Source of the DNA: Octopus sinensis
Taxonomy: Eukaryota
Assembly: GCF_006345805.1 (NCBI RefSeq)
Contig: NC_042997.1
Span: 57,722,001-57,786,000, forward strand
Reading direction: 5' to 3'
Length of the DNA: 64,000 nt
The notes beneath the pieces were generated by a model that had not been told where the DNA came from, did not search any database, and was given only the letters and a program-made list of their open reading frames with translations. Shown here piece after piece: positions 21,378 to 34,300 of this stretch (within the stretch, counting starts at the first letter, position 1; every line of letters begins with the position of its first letter). The translations under genes and the position numbers were made by a program.

Positions 21378-24129
21378 GTTGTATTTCTGCTTTTCCCTAA
21401 TCACATGAAATGGCTCCAATCTAGATTCAAAACATGGTTGCAGATTTGATTCACAAAGAGTTCATTACTGCAGGATAATGTTAACCTATATTAGTGACTT
21501 TTGTTGTTTAGGTCAAAATCTTATAAGAGCAAAGAGAAGAGATCATTCAGTGATCTTCAGCATATTACTGGTGCTTCAAATGAAATGTTACATTGGTCTA
21601 ATTGAAATTGATCTGGTGTTTAACCAGGTACACTAACATATCTAACACTGTACCTGCATCAACTCAGTGTTTTAAATTCAAGTTCCATAATTCAGCATGG
21701 TAGCTTAGATATATATTACGAAGTTTAAATGTTTTAAAAAGATAAAGCAAGTATTGTTTTCAATCCATATCAGTATATTTGCTTGTACAATTTCTTACAT
21801 TGGCACAAGCCCACAATTGTAGGGTTTTCCAATCTCAGTAAAGCAAAGACATAACTAAATACCACAAGGTATTTAGACTGATATTACCGTTCCAGCTAAT
21901 CCGTAACACTTATAATAATAATAGTGACTGCTTTAATAGTTTATTTAGAAAAAAAAAATTGAGAATTTAGAGAAACTCAGTTCAGAGTAGGCTCTAACTC
22001 CAACATCTTCATTTTAATGCAAAGTTATATTTGCACTGCAATATTAAAAGGCAAGATGAATATCTGTCATTTGCTTTTCAACAGAACTGAGTATGATAAA
22101 CAATGAGCTGTTTCACACTTTTTAAATTTATGTCTTCATATATCTCAGGTTAGGTAATGTAGCACAATGAATTGAATCATCAATGACATGGAAGTGCTAC
22201 TAATAATCAATATAGCAAATTTAGTTCTCTGTACAAATATCAGAAACATGCATTGTATACATGGAGCCAGTTCTAGAGTATAGTGATTATACTTTTGTAA
22301 AAAAAAATTTTATTTTCCTCTGAAACGATATTAAGTTTAACTGCACTAATTCAGTTATCTTCTTAATATCTGTCTAAAATTAAACCAGTGTCATTGAGAT
22401 GTGGTCACAAATGCAAGTTAGGAGGCTACAAAGAAGCTCCTCTTTAACATAAATATCAAGCATTTTACTGAAGCTGTAAAAGTGACCTGTAATTTAGAAG
22501 CCAGTTGCAGGAAAGTTATATGAAAAAAATTATATAGGTATATCTTTCATTATGAGTTAAAATAAAAGGATTTTGATACATTTTTTTCCCTATTTCAAAT
22601 TCCAACAGGAGGATAAATACTGCATAGCATTTTGGCGCATAAATAAATCAATGAAGATATAATTTTAATAGATTTGAATAAATTATGTTATGTGTGTACA
22701 ACATCAGCTTCATGATTCATCTACAATGCTGATTTAGAATTTGTTTGTTCATAGGCAGAAGGTAAGAACCAAAATTTTATTCTTGCACTTGAATTCACAA
22801 CTGACAGAACTTTTTTTAAAAGTTTTTTTTTTTTTAGGAATTTTACTTGAAATATTTGGAAAATTTCAACATTTGAAATACTTCTTACTATAATTGAAAT
22901 ACAGCATTTAACTTGTACAAAATGTTATAATTCTCTTACAAAAGAATGTTTCTCATGCTTTTTATATAGTCTGTAGAAAGTCAAAATATTTTTTTAAAAA
23001 TACTCACATATCATTTTGTAAGATGTTTGAATCTTATTTTAGCTTAATGATACCAAGATCTAAAAACTAAGCTGGCAAGTATTACACTTAAATAACTTTA
23101 TCAATATCAAATTGTCATTTAAATAGTTTTCTTACAAATCTTTAAGGAAAAAAACAAAATAAAATTTAAAATAAAGCAACAAAATTTCAAAAACTGACAA
23201 TTGCTTCGTGTAACAAGAAGAAAATTAACTAACAAAGTTGAGAAAAAAGTGCTCACTGGAATATGTTAACATGTGTTTCAAGTAAATACATAAAAAGAAG
23301 AAAAAAAGAGTATGAACCGAAGAAAGGCCATAATAAAGTAATATAATTATTACTGAATTATTCCCATTTTTCAGCTTGGAAAAAGTCAGAATTTAAGTAC
23401 ACAAATATTTTATCAAGTTTACTTCAAGATAATATTTAATAAATTTCAGAGTACAGTGGCTAACTAATATATATGCTATTTTACAAAGACCACAAAGTGC
23501 AGTCAAGTCTATAGAACAGAAACAGTTTTGGACTGAATATGAAATATTTTGCAACTTTTTCAGTTTATTTGTTGAGCTTTCTTAAATTTGGATCTCCAAC
23601 TAGTTTACATTGCATTTTGACCATTATCTTCAGATTCCATATCTTTCAGAAGTAGTACAATGCTCAGGACTGAACTTGCTACTATTTGGGATAAAGTATA
23701 TACAAAAATAGGGACAAGGTTTAAAAAAAAAAATCAATAAAATTGAGCAAATCCAATCCCAGATAGGGTACCAAAGCCTCTGGATTGTGTGTGTGTGTTT
23801 GAGTTTATGACAATGAGATGATACAGTGTGGTAATTTGAATTAAATGTTACACCAATGTAGAAATAGACTATAACAAACTTTTTAAACAAGACCCCTCTT
23901 ACTAAAGGACAGATTAACTCAGCGAGAAGATACTTTAAAGACTCATTTGGTTTTTGCAGTATGGTACAAAAATGTAAGATAAATGATAAACTATAATAAA
24001 GACAGAAGGTATGAATCCTCAACCCAGTATATTATTTTTTCCATCAACTATGGAGTAGTAGACTTTTGGTGGAATGAGTCAGAGCTAACTAAATATAATA
24101 CATTTAGTCTGGTCTTGTTTCAGTCATCT

Positions 24130-24560
24130 TCACTGTAATAATAATTTCAAATTTTGGCACAAGGCCAGGAAGTTCAGGGGAGGGAATAAGTCGATTACAT
24201 CAACCCCAGTGCTCAACTAGTACTTATTTTATCAACCCCGAAAGGATGAAAGGTGAAGTCGACCTTGGTGGAATTTGAACTCAGAATGTAGAGGAGGATG
24301 AAATGTCACTAAGCATTTTCTCCAGAGTGGTAATGATTCTGCCAGCTTGCCACCTTAATAATAAAGCACAAGCCCTGTAATTTTGAGAGGCGGGTGTCAG
24401 TTGATTACTCAACCCCAGTGCTTGACTGGTACTTTTACTGACCTCCGAAAAAATTGAAGCTAAGTGACCCTGATGGGATTTGAACTGAGAATGTAACGTG
24501 CTGAAACTAATACTGGAAGGCAATTTATCTGATACTAACAACTCTGCCAAATGGCCTCCT
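24130..24560 (-). repeat. Two tandem tRNA-derived SINE copies; same family at 26560-26780, 44890-45020, 54533-54890 (+), 63710-63830
   Basis: The reverse complement matches the + copies GGCAGTGA.(G/C)TGGCAGAATTGTTAGCACAC.GGACAAAATG...GAGTTCAAAT...ACTTTGCCTTTCATCC, with A-box/B-box-like head. Confidence 0.7.
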
Positions 24561-27500
24561 GGTCATAATAATAATTTCTTACTTAAATGTGAAAATTCAA
24601 ATATTGGAGAAAGGGGAAATGCTATTTCATTAGGAACATGTTTCCATTCACAAACTGAAACTAAAATCTTATTGCTGCACATAGTACCCACCACTTCATT
24701 AGTTTTTACAATGACACAAGGTCACAGATTTTGAGGATCACACTGCAGTTGTTTCAATTGATTTCCATTTATTATGCAGGATACTTATATTACCAACACT
24801 GGAGAGGGAAAAGGCAAAATTCATAGCTAGAGTTTGAAAAAGACAAAATATTGAAAGGTGTTTAGTAGTCTATCTCTCTATTAATTCTGTTACTTCACTT
24901 GCAATTTTAGCCATCAAATAGGAATTCGAAATGTTCAGGAGTTTTCCAAAGACATTGATATTGTAAATAAATTAACTTAATTTGGAAGTCAAAAGTGGGT
25001 CATGGATTGAACTTCCCAACAAAGGGTGAAAACTATACGAAAATTTAATTGAAAGAACTATTGAGTTTTCTCTCTCAACAGTGGAGATAATTTATTCTGA
25101 TATATTACTCTATTTCAAGAATGAACTCCATGGGTATAGTTTGAAGAGGGATAGGCTGACACCAAATACATGTCAAAAATTTCAGTGGTCCCCCAGAGAT
25201 CTATTAAGTTATGGGACTGTTCACATTCTACTTTAAAGCCAGTAGCATTGATAAATAAATAGGTTTCTTTTAACCAGGCACAAAAGGGCTAATTTTGTGA
25301 GAAAAGAAAATGCTAACTCAAAGATATTAGTAACTTAAGTCTCCGACAAATAAAAGCTTGAATCATCAGAGGCTAATTTTAATTCTAATTTGGTTGCCAA
25401 GACCAATCTTTTAGTGATGGCTTAGAATAATGCTGATTTCCCACCCATTACTGATAAAATGAATGTTTCTTTCTTAAATTAAATTAGTGTAGGTGACAAA
25501 TATTGACTGGATCAACTGATGCCTATTTTGATCACCAATACTCACCTAAAGAAGGACGAATATGATATTCATAAGGTATTACCATGGAATAGTAGAGGAT
25601 AATAAAACTTTTTACTCTGTTCTAATGCTTTGATGAAAATGAACGCCTGTGAAAAAATCTAAATGCTATGGATTCATTAACAAACTATTTAAAAAAGCTT
25701 TAAAGAAATTAAAATAAAATTGTATTAATATTAATTTCTAAACAGGGATTTACAAAAATTATAAGTTACATTTTTCCTTTTTTCAAATCTGTCATGTGTA
25801 CTGGAGCCCTGTATACAATAAATTCATTATTATTATACAACTAGAACCATATTTTGTGCGTAACTAAGGGACACAACTGTCTTGACGTTTAACTAACAAT
25901 GATTAGCAACAAGGGAAACCTTAGAAGGTCGCTGCACTAGTATAACAAAATTACTGACCTCCAGAAATTATTAGACAATCTAGGTATCATTTAATAGCTT
26001 CAGTTGTTCCAATAAGCCCATTCACAAATTAGTACCAGGTCATTAATGTAAGTAGGTTAAACAGTCATTGCCTTCAATCCCAGGCAGATTGGAGTGCTGA
26101 ACTAAATACCTTGAAGTACTTGATTAAATTCAGAATATATATATTCTGTGTTCAAATTCTGTTGAGGACTCATTCATTGATCATTATGAGTTAATGAAAT
26201 ATGATTGTGGTGGCAGTCAATTTTCTGATCAAACGAAGTAAACTACTTTTCAAATTGTTTATACTAATCTGTCAGTCATAACTCCTGATAGTAGTGCCAG
26301 GGCAGAATTTGAAATCAGAATGAATACTCAGAACTGGAACAGATATTAGTGGAATTGTTAGAATGGCTGGCATTCTAACAATTCCACCCATCATCAATCC
26401 ATCACTCTAGACAGTACATTTTTTATTGATCCCAAAAGAATGGAAGGCAAAGATGATCTCAGCAGAATTTGTAGTACAGAGTGAGAATACCACAAGGCTT
26501 CTATCCAACACTTAATGACTGCCAATTTGCTACTGTTTAAGAAATATGTACCTTTCAATGTAGGGGTTGATCCAGTTGATTATATCTTGCCTCTCAAATC
26601 TAAGGTTTTGCACTACAATTAAAAATCATTATCATTAATGGCAGTGCTAGACTAAATGCTTTTCAATGTTTTTGTTTCATTTTTGAGCCTTCTTCTCAGT
26701 TCTAATCCTGCAGGAGTCAACTTTTACTTCTCAAAAGTTGATCAAAGAAGTATCAGTCATGTGGGGGGAATTTATTCAGTCAACTAACACTCCGCCTCCC
26801 TACAAATCTATAATGAAAGAAATTATTATAGTTTAAAGAGAGGGGCCATGATAAAACTAAGATAGTTTTGGTTAAGTATCAAACCAAGTTGTCCCTGGTT
26901 ATAATTACATTATCCTTAACAATAATTAAGAAAAAAAAATTAAAACCTCTATTTGTAAATAATACCAGTTGTTTAAAGTATAATAATTTTTTAATGTAAC
27001 AACTTTTTAATGTAAACATCACGAAGAGAGAGTTAATGAAGCAAGTTATTAGAGTACTGCACTAACACCCATTGTTAATATTCTTAATCCAGTAAGCTTC
27101 ACTGTGCTGTATCCATAAAAACCTGAATAGGTTTTATTGAAAAGTAAAATTCACTGCTCTTATCTAAATCACTTATATTGCAGTGATTTAAATCTAACCA
27201 TGAACAACACACATGGACTAGCAACCAAATCCAAGAGAAAGAGAGAGAGAAGACTCAGATAGTTAAATGAGTCTAAGATTAGGATGTGGTTCAACATATT
27301 ACAATAAACAATAAATAGTAAATAAAAAAAAAATTAAGAAAATTCTTTAAAAAATGGTTTTATTTGAGAAAATAGAATTTAGGAACATTTCAAATGTACA
27401 GTGAAATCAATGAAATGAAAGTTCTGTTTTTCCCAAATGAATTTCACTGTTGAAATGATAAACTGTAGAGATTACACATAGTTACGTCAATTGCTTAAAT

Positions 27501-28986
27501 TTAAGGTGAAAGTTTTTGAAGGGAATATTTCATTAATTTTCTCTAAAGAACAAGCAAAATAAACTAGTTGCAAAAATAACAGAATAATGATTGATCTTTG
27601 ATATTTGACTGGAATAATTAATTAGGGAAGAAATGCCTGTGCAACATTACAATGATGATGAGTAGAGTACTTGTGCACAGAATCAACTTTCCTGCTTCTT
27701 GACAAGCAGTAGATTGGCACTCAGACCTAAAATATATAGAGATGGGTGGGAAACAATGTGGCAATCAGGCAATGTAAATGAAGTGAAATTGCTTCAACTA
27801 GGAAATATAACTAGGTTATAAACTTGCTTCTACTTGAAGCTTACCATTACTCACAAATGATAACTTTTTTTCAAATGACAAAATCTTGTTATGATTTAAT
27901 CTTAGAATCAATAATGAAAAAGTTTGCAGATTATTAACATCAATTATGTGGGCATATTCAGAAGTATCCTAGTATGAATGATGAGGCAACTATATGATCC
28001 TGAAGCCAATGATCCAAACCAAACTAATCCACCCTCATCATCAAACATCCAGTTTTCAATCATCCTAAGCATGCAGATGCAGAACCTTATGAGGGAATCT
28101 AATATTGTCACCAGTACATATAAGATATAATCAATGATGATTATAACATAAGCACATGGTAACTCATTTGTAGAGAAGAGGTATAGTTGATTGAATTGAC
28201 CAAGTATATATTTGGTGGTTATTTTATAAGCAAAGGTGAAACTATAAAGGAAGATAGACTACTATTCAGAATTGATGGTGACTGCAAGTATGTGACTAAC
28301 TTTTTGGAGTTACACTAAAATGAATTAAAACAATTCCATAATACCTCCTACCCACTATTTTATTTTTGCTTCTTTGAATTTTCAACAAAAACATGAGTAA
28401 ACTATAATTTTTCATCAGAGTAAAAAAACCCAACAAACAACAACAAAATAACCTCCCTAGTTTAAATCCTGAAACAGTATTAAAATTTTAAGCAGAAATG
28501 ATTTCATCATATTTAATATGAATAACTTGGAGTTTTGGAAATGTGTATAGAAACTTCAGACTATAACTTCTAATGCTAACTGATATGTCAGAAATGAAAA
28601 ATATCTAGCTTCTTATAAACAGATTTTTTCTTTACAGTTTTAAGTTTAAAATAGCTATATCAAAAGTACATGAATACTTAAGTAAAAGTAATATCTCATG
28701 TATTTTCTAATATTAATTCTTTCATATGATTTTAACTAATTAGGGTTATTTACTGTAAGTAAATCATCAATTTGAAGCATATTACAATTTATTATAAATG
28801 TTTATAAACTTTTATATGTATTAACAATTGAACTAAATTGCTATCTATTACCACATGAAATTAAACAATGAAACAGCAGCATCTAGCAAATCTATATTGC
28901 TTTGAACATATACCATAGTAAGATATTTTATTTTAATGATGTTCTAATTCTATTCCATGAAAGTATTTTGCTGTTATTGAAATATA

Positions 28987-29020
<34 letters not shown>

Positions 29021-31155
29021 GATATAAAAATTTCTATCAAGTCCACCATACTGCTATCACACAAATATGAATGATTCCTAAAAATAACTGTTATCTGAAC
29101 CTAAAGAAGACAATGTGGAAAATCAGAAACCTATTTCAAAACCCAACAACATTTTATCAAATAAATAATTATTGTTGGAAAGTAGATGATGGTTTGTTCT
29201 TTCAGAGAACATATAATTAAGATAACTAACTGAATCCACATACCTCTGTAATAATAGATTCAGTTTGGAAGCAGTTTACATTTTTGACTTTAATGCAAAT
29301 ACAAATATCTATAGTTTTAAATAGATTTTACTGGAGAATATATAAAACACTAGTAAACAATCTACAACTTCACCTGTTAATGCTTGATGTATGTTGTTTG
29401 TGAAAGATAGAAAGAGAGAGAAATGTGCTTGAAGCTGCAGGATCCAAAAGAGCCTTTACTACAATCTTCCTTCCCTTCATCACTAAAAAGACAATTTTGT
29501 GTGTGTGTGTGTGTGTGTGTTGGGGTAGTGTGCATGCCTAGTCAGTAGAGAAGCAGAATAGCTTTAAGATATTAAAAGTGTCACTGATATGTCAACGGTG
29601 AATTCAAATCTTCTCAAAACTTAAAATTTGTATTCAAGCAGAAGAAACCACTAAAATAATGAAATCTTTATATAGAAAATTGCTTTTACAATATATTATT
29701 TACAGAAAAAATACACTTAATAATCTAAGGGTACAGTTTTTAAAAATTAAAATGTTTCTTTAAATTTCCTCTGCAAATTTGGTATTTTTTGTTCTCTAAT
29801 GGTCCAAAAAGTTCATATATGAATAAATTACGGACTATTTACTTGTCTAGTGAACATCCAAAATGTTCCACATTTTGGTAGCATTTAGTTTGTTTGCTTT
29901 CATACTTACTCTACAAGATGAAACTTTTGTTTAGGCATATGTATTGATCTGCTCAGGTTTATATAAAATTAAATTTGTGATCAAATACTTTACAGAAATA
30001 AAAATTACCTTAAAGAAAGAAAATAGAAGAAAAAAAAATATCATTGTATTTCATCCATACTATTGGGTTTACTTTTTCATGAGTGAGAAAGATATTGATT
30101 TCTTGAACTTAAAAAAAAAAACCTCCAACATATATGTTGATATGGGATAAAAAAAGTTTAGAATAAATGCCAGTGGATGAGAAACATGAGAATGAATTAA
30201 ATTTTGATGAAGGGTGGGCAAATGGGCTTTTTTTTCCTTTCACAAGCAGACATGTTATAAATATACACAGCCAAATATTCTGGAAACATCTGAAGCCTAA
30301 AATGCTCTTCCAGAAAAAAAAGTAGAATTTAGACAGAGGCAAATGTGAATTATATAGCAACCTTAACTGGGTGTCATTTCTTTCTGCTTGCTTTCTTTTT
30401 TTTTTCACATATTTAATAAAAATAAAAGGAAGGAAAAACATAAGTTATTCTTTGGTTATTTCATACATCTTCTTAAACTTGGAAAATAAATGGAAATGAA
30501 TTTGAGAATGATGGTGAAAAGTGCAATATTCCAAGCAGAGAAATCATGAGAAAAGGAAGGTAGAAAAACTAGAATAAAACAAAGGATAAATAAATTTAGA
30601 TCAATGATTTCACCTTTCATAAATAGAAAATATGTTCTGATTAGAAATTTATGCATTCCAGAATAAAGGAAGTAAAAAAGATAACTTAGTAGTAGTAGTT
30701 ATGGTAAGAGGGGATTAAAATCTGAAATAAATAAATTGTAAAAAAACAAAGTTGAAGTTGTCTAAATATATTTTTTTTAAATGAAGCCTAATAAATAAAT
30801 ACTGTACAAATAAAATGTGATTACATACACATCTACGTGCTGCGCAGCCATTCATCAACAAGTGTATCTTCCTGCCATTTAGTGAAGCTTCTCAAACACC
30901 ACACCCACACGATTTCGATACACTGGTGGTGCTGGTAAAAGGAATGGCCCTAGAAGTGAGAAACAACTAAGTGTCATCTTCAATGACAGGTAACACCAAG
31001 GCCCTTTTATTCTTCTTTGCTCTTTCATTCCTTCTTGTCATTTGTTTGTTGGTTGTTTTCCTCTTTTTTTCCTTTAATTGCTCTTTTTCATTAATAGGGA
31101 AAAAATATAAATAAATAAAAAAACAAAATAAAGCCAATAAAGGCCTCAATTAGTG

Positions 31156-31347
31156 CTACCAGAGATGGGGTTCATGCTGTGGCATTCGCACCACACCGAC
31201 ACCACCACCAAGACGACGGTAGTTCATGCTTCCACATAGTCGCCAACAGTTCTGTTCAGGGTCATAAAGTTCAATGGTTTTTAAATATGTTGTGCCGTCA
31301 AACCCTCCAATAGCCATTAACTGACCATTCACAACTGCCAAGCCCAC
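31156..31347 (-). CDS. KLHL20: KLHL20 last coding exon (Kelch 6 plus stop)
   Basis: Acceptor ttttccag|GTG GGC TTG; [26 protein letters not shown]...HEPHLW TAG. Confidence 0.95.
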   Translation of the reverse strand: MGLAVVNGQLMAIGGFDGTTYLKTIELYDPEQNCWRLCGSMNYRRLGGGVGVVRMPQHEPHLW

Positions 31348-34300
31348 CTGGAAAAAGAAAAACGATAACTACAATAAAAACAAATTCTACTGATTTAAAA
31401 AATTTTTACTAACATCCAATTTTTTCATGGGAGGATATCTGAATATGAATTTTTTTCTTTAATACAGCAACATAGTTACTTCCTACTTTCAAATACTTAT
31501 ATATTGAAGTGTGAAAGTGCCTAGCTTATAGCTATATTAACTGATTTCCCAGAGGCACAATGAAACAAAGTTTCAATTCTGAGAATAAAGTGATAGACTG
31601 GTCAGTAAAAGACAATCCTAATTAATAGGAGATACAGAACAAAGTGTTGTTTTGTTAATTAATGCACTGATAAATAGAATTGATAACTGAGAACACAAAT
31701 ATGAGAAAGAAGACACAAAAAAGAAAGCAGATTTATGGTGAAGTCCTGAATTGTGAGATTCCATCCACAAATTGAAAAGACGCATTCAGAAATGACAAAG
31801 AAGCATAGCTAAAAAGAAAAATTATGTTCTGAGTAAACTTTTCTAGACCAGAGTTATTGCCTTTTGGAAGCTGAAAGTCATTAAGAACAAAACTTCTAGG
31901 AGATATCAATGTAGCAATTGTCTCTGTTGAGTTATATGTATAACTTAATGTTTTAAGGAAACAGAGGACACCATATAAGTTATGGCTTTAAATATGTAAA
32001 AGTCTGAGAGATAGTCATGAGGCAAAGAAGAATTCATTGATGCAGTCTTGAAAGATAACTGGATGTAATCAGGATAAATTTACCAAGAACCATATTCAAG
32101 GAATAGAATTTTGGTTAAATAGAATACAAGGTAAATGTATGACAGAAGAGACAATTGGGTATAGATTGATGGATTTAAATTAAATATATAATTTGAATTT
32201 AAGACAAAATCATATTTAAACTATAAATATATTGAGTTTCAATAAAATCAAAAATAGAAAATTTACAACACTTACACCACTGCGTCGTGAGGTCATAGCT
32301 ACAACTGGTTGCCATGTGTTTGTTTGAGGGTTATACCGTTCTGTACTACTTAACTCTGTTGTATCATCTCGACCACCAACAGCATATATCATGTTGTTAT
32401 ATACAGCAACACCGAGATGTTTTCGTCTGGTTCCCATTGGCGACACTGGATTCCAGCGATTAGTTCTTGGATCATAGCGTTCAACTAGATTGTTTGGAGA
32501 GGGGAAAAAAATTAAGAAAATTGTTAAAATCATTTTCCTAATGAATAAACTTATCACTGCTGCTGTTACATAATCATATATATCATTTCTTGTATCTTAC
32601 TATAACTCCTCTATCAAGTCAAATTTAGTTATTCCAATTCAGAGTTGTATTATTCAAAACCAGCTATTAATAAATGTCAATGTAAAGTGTAAATAATCTA
32701 AGGTAGAAGTTAAATTAGGTTTTAATTCATTAAAAAGTCTCACTGACATCTATTGGCAGAGCTGTAGAGATAATAGTTTAAGAGATGATTTGCAGCAGTA
32801 TTAGCAAGTAGTAATTAGAGAACCTCTCCAAGTTTTGAAAACCATTTCTGTTATTATAATGTAGCATTATTTACATAAAATTATTACCTGCTTTTCATAT
32901 AAATATATAGTTATGTACATATATTAGAATATCAGAAAATTTCAGTATTTTTAAGTCTAATCATTTAATACAAAATACTCAAGTAGATCTGTATCTTTCA
33001 ACAGGTCTGTTAACCCTTATTGAGTGGGAATCAAGTATACTCTGTTCTGTGCATGTTCACTTGAGACATGGGAACTAAGTTAACTCATTTTTTATAGTGG
33101 AGCACTTTCCAGAAATCTCAACATTTCTATATGACATAGTACACATGTTTCATTTAACAAATTAATTCAGTATTTGCATGTAAGTATGCAAAAATTTAAT
33201 CAGTGTTTTGAAGGTTAATGCAAGTAAGACGATGTGGCACAAAGTTTATAGACAGTTCATTAGTTTGTAATGCTTAATCAGGTTTCAGTGTAACTGTTTC
33301 ATCAGATGTGCAAGTGAAAGAGATTTTCAGGAATATCAATATTTCCAGTTGGAGCATGGGACATGTCATTATGGATTGGTACAGTATTCTTTTTAACCAC
33401 TGGGTAAACAAATGTGAGTATTTCATAGTTCAACTTCTCTGATTAAAGGGTCATCCTCATGAATTTATCTCCTAAACAGAACCTTTCTGGGCATGGAAAA
33501 TCAGGTTAATATGCTCATTTCTTCAGCTATTTATCAAAGAAAAGTTAAGAAACGTTCATGAGGTGTTGAGTTTGTCTTTGTACACAATAGTGATTACAGT
33601 GAATGCAAAGTGTCCAAAAGAACAGATTCTCATGTGACTAAAGGTAGATTTTTTTTATTCTAAAGCTATTGTCATGGTTTTCCAAATTATGTCAACAGAA
33701 CCCTGATACTGTCCAAGATAACCAAGTCAAACAAGAAATAATGACTGAACTGATGAAGAAATGTTGCAACAAAGGAACCAAAATAGAAAATGAAAATAGT
33801 TGATAAATATTGATAATTTGACAAAATAGTGTCACATATATTTTAGTGTGATCATACTGCAGAAAATATGAGCATAGTCACACCAGATTATGGAAAAATT
33901 CCACATAAATGCATATAATGAAATACTCATAATGAAGCGCACAGTATGGTCCTTAACTCAGTGAAGGCATAGTACTTATAAATACTGGATCCTGTCAGTT
34001 AACTCGCTAATCTATGTACCACAAATCTACTTGATTAGGGTTGACTGGAACTACAACAACAACAACAATGTTTACTTCAACTCCCAGTCACTAAAACGAA
34101 AAAAAAAAGTATAAAAGGAGCAAAAACAATGTGTAGAAAACGAATATGAAAACAAAAATTTGCACAAACGAACAATGGGTGGCTCTGGAAAATTTACACA
34201 ATCTGATTTTTCCTTCATAACTTTCAGGGAAATGGAACATATTTATGAAATTTTATAGAAATACCTTCCAAATGGCATAGATTACAATTATAAAGAAAAT

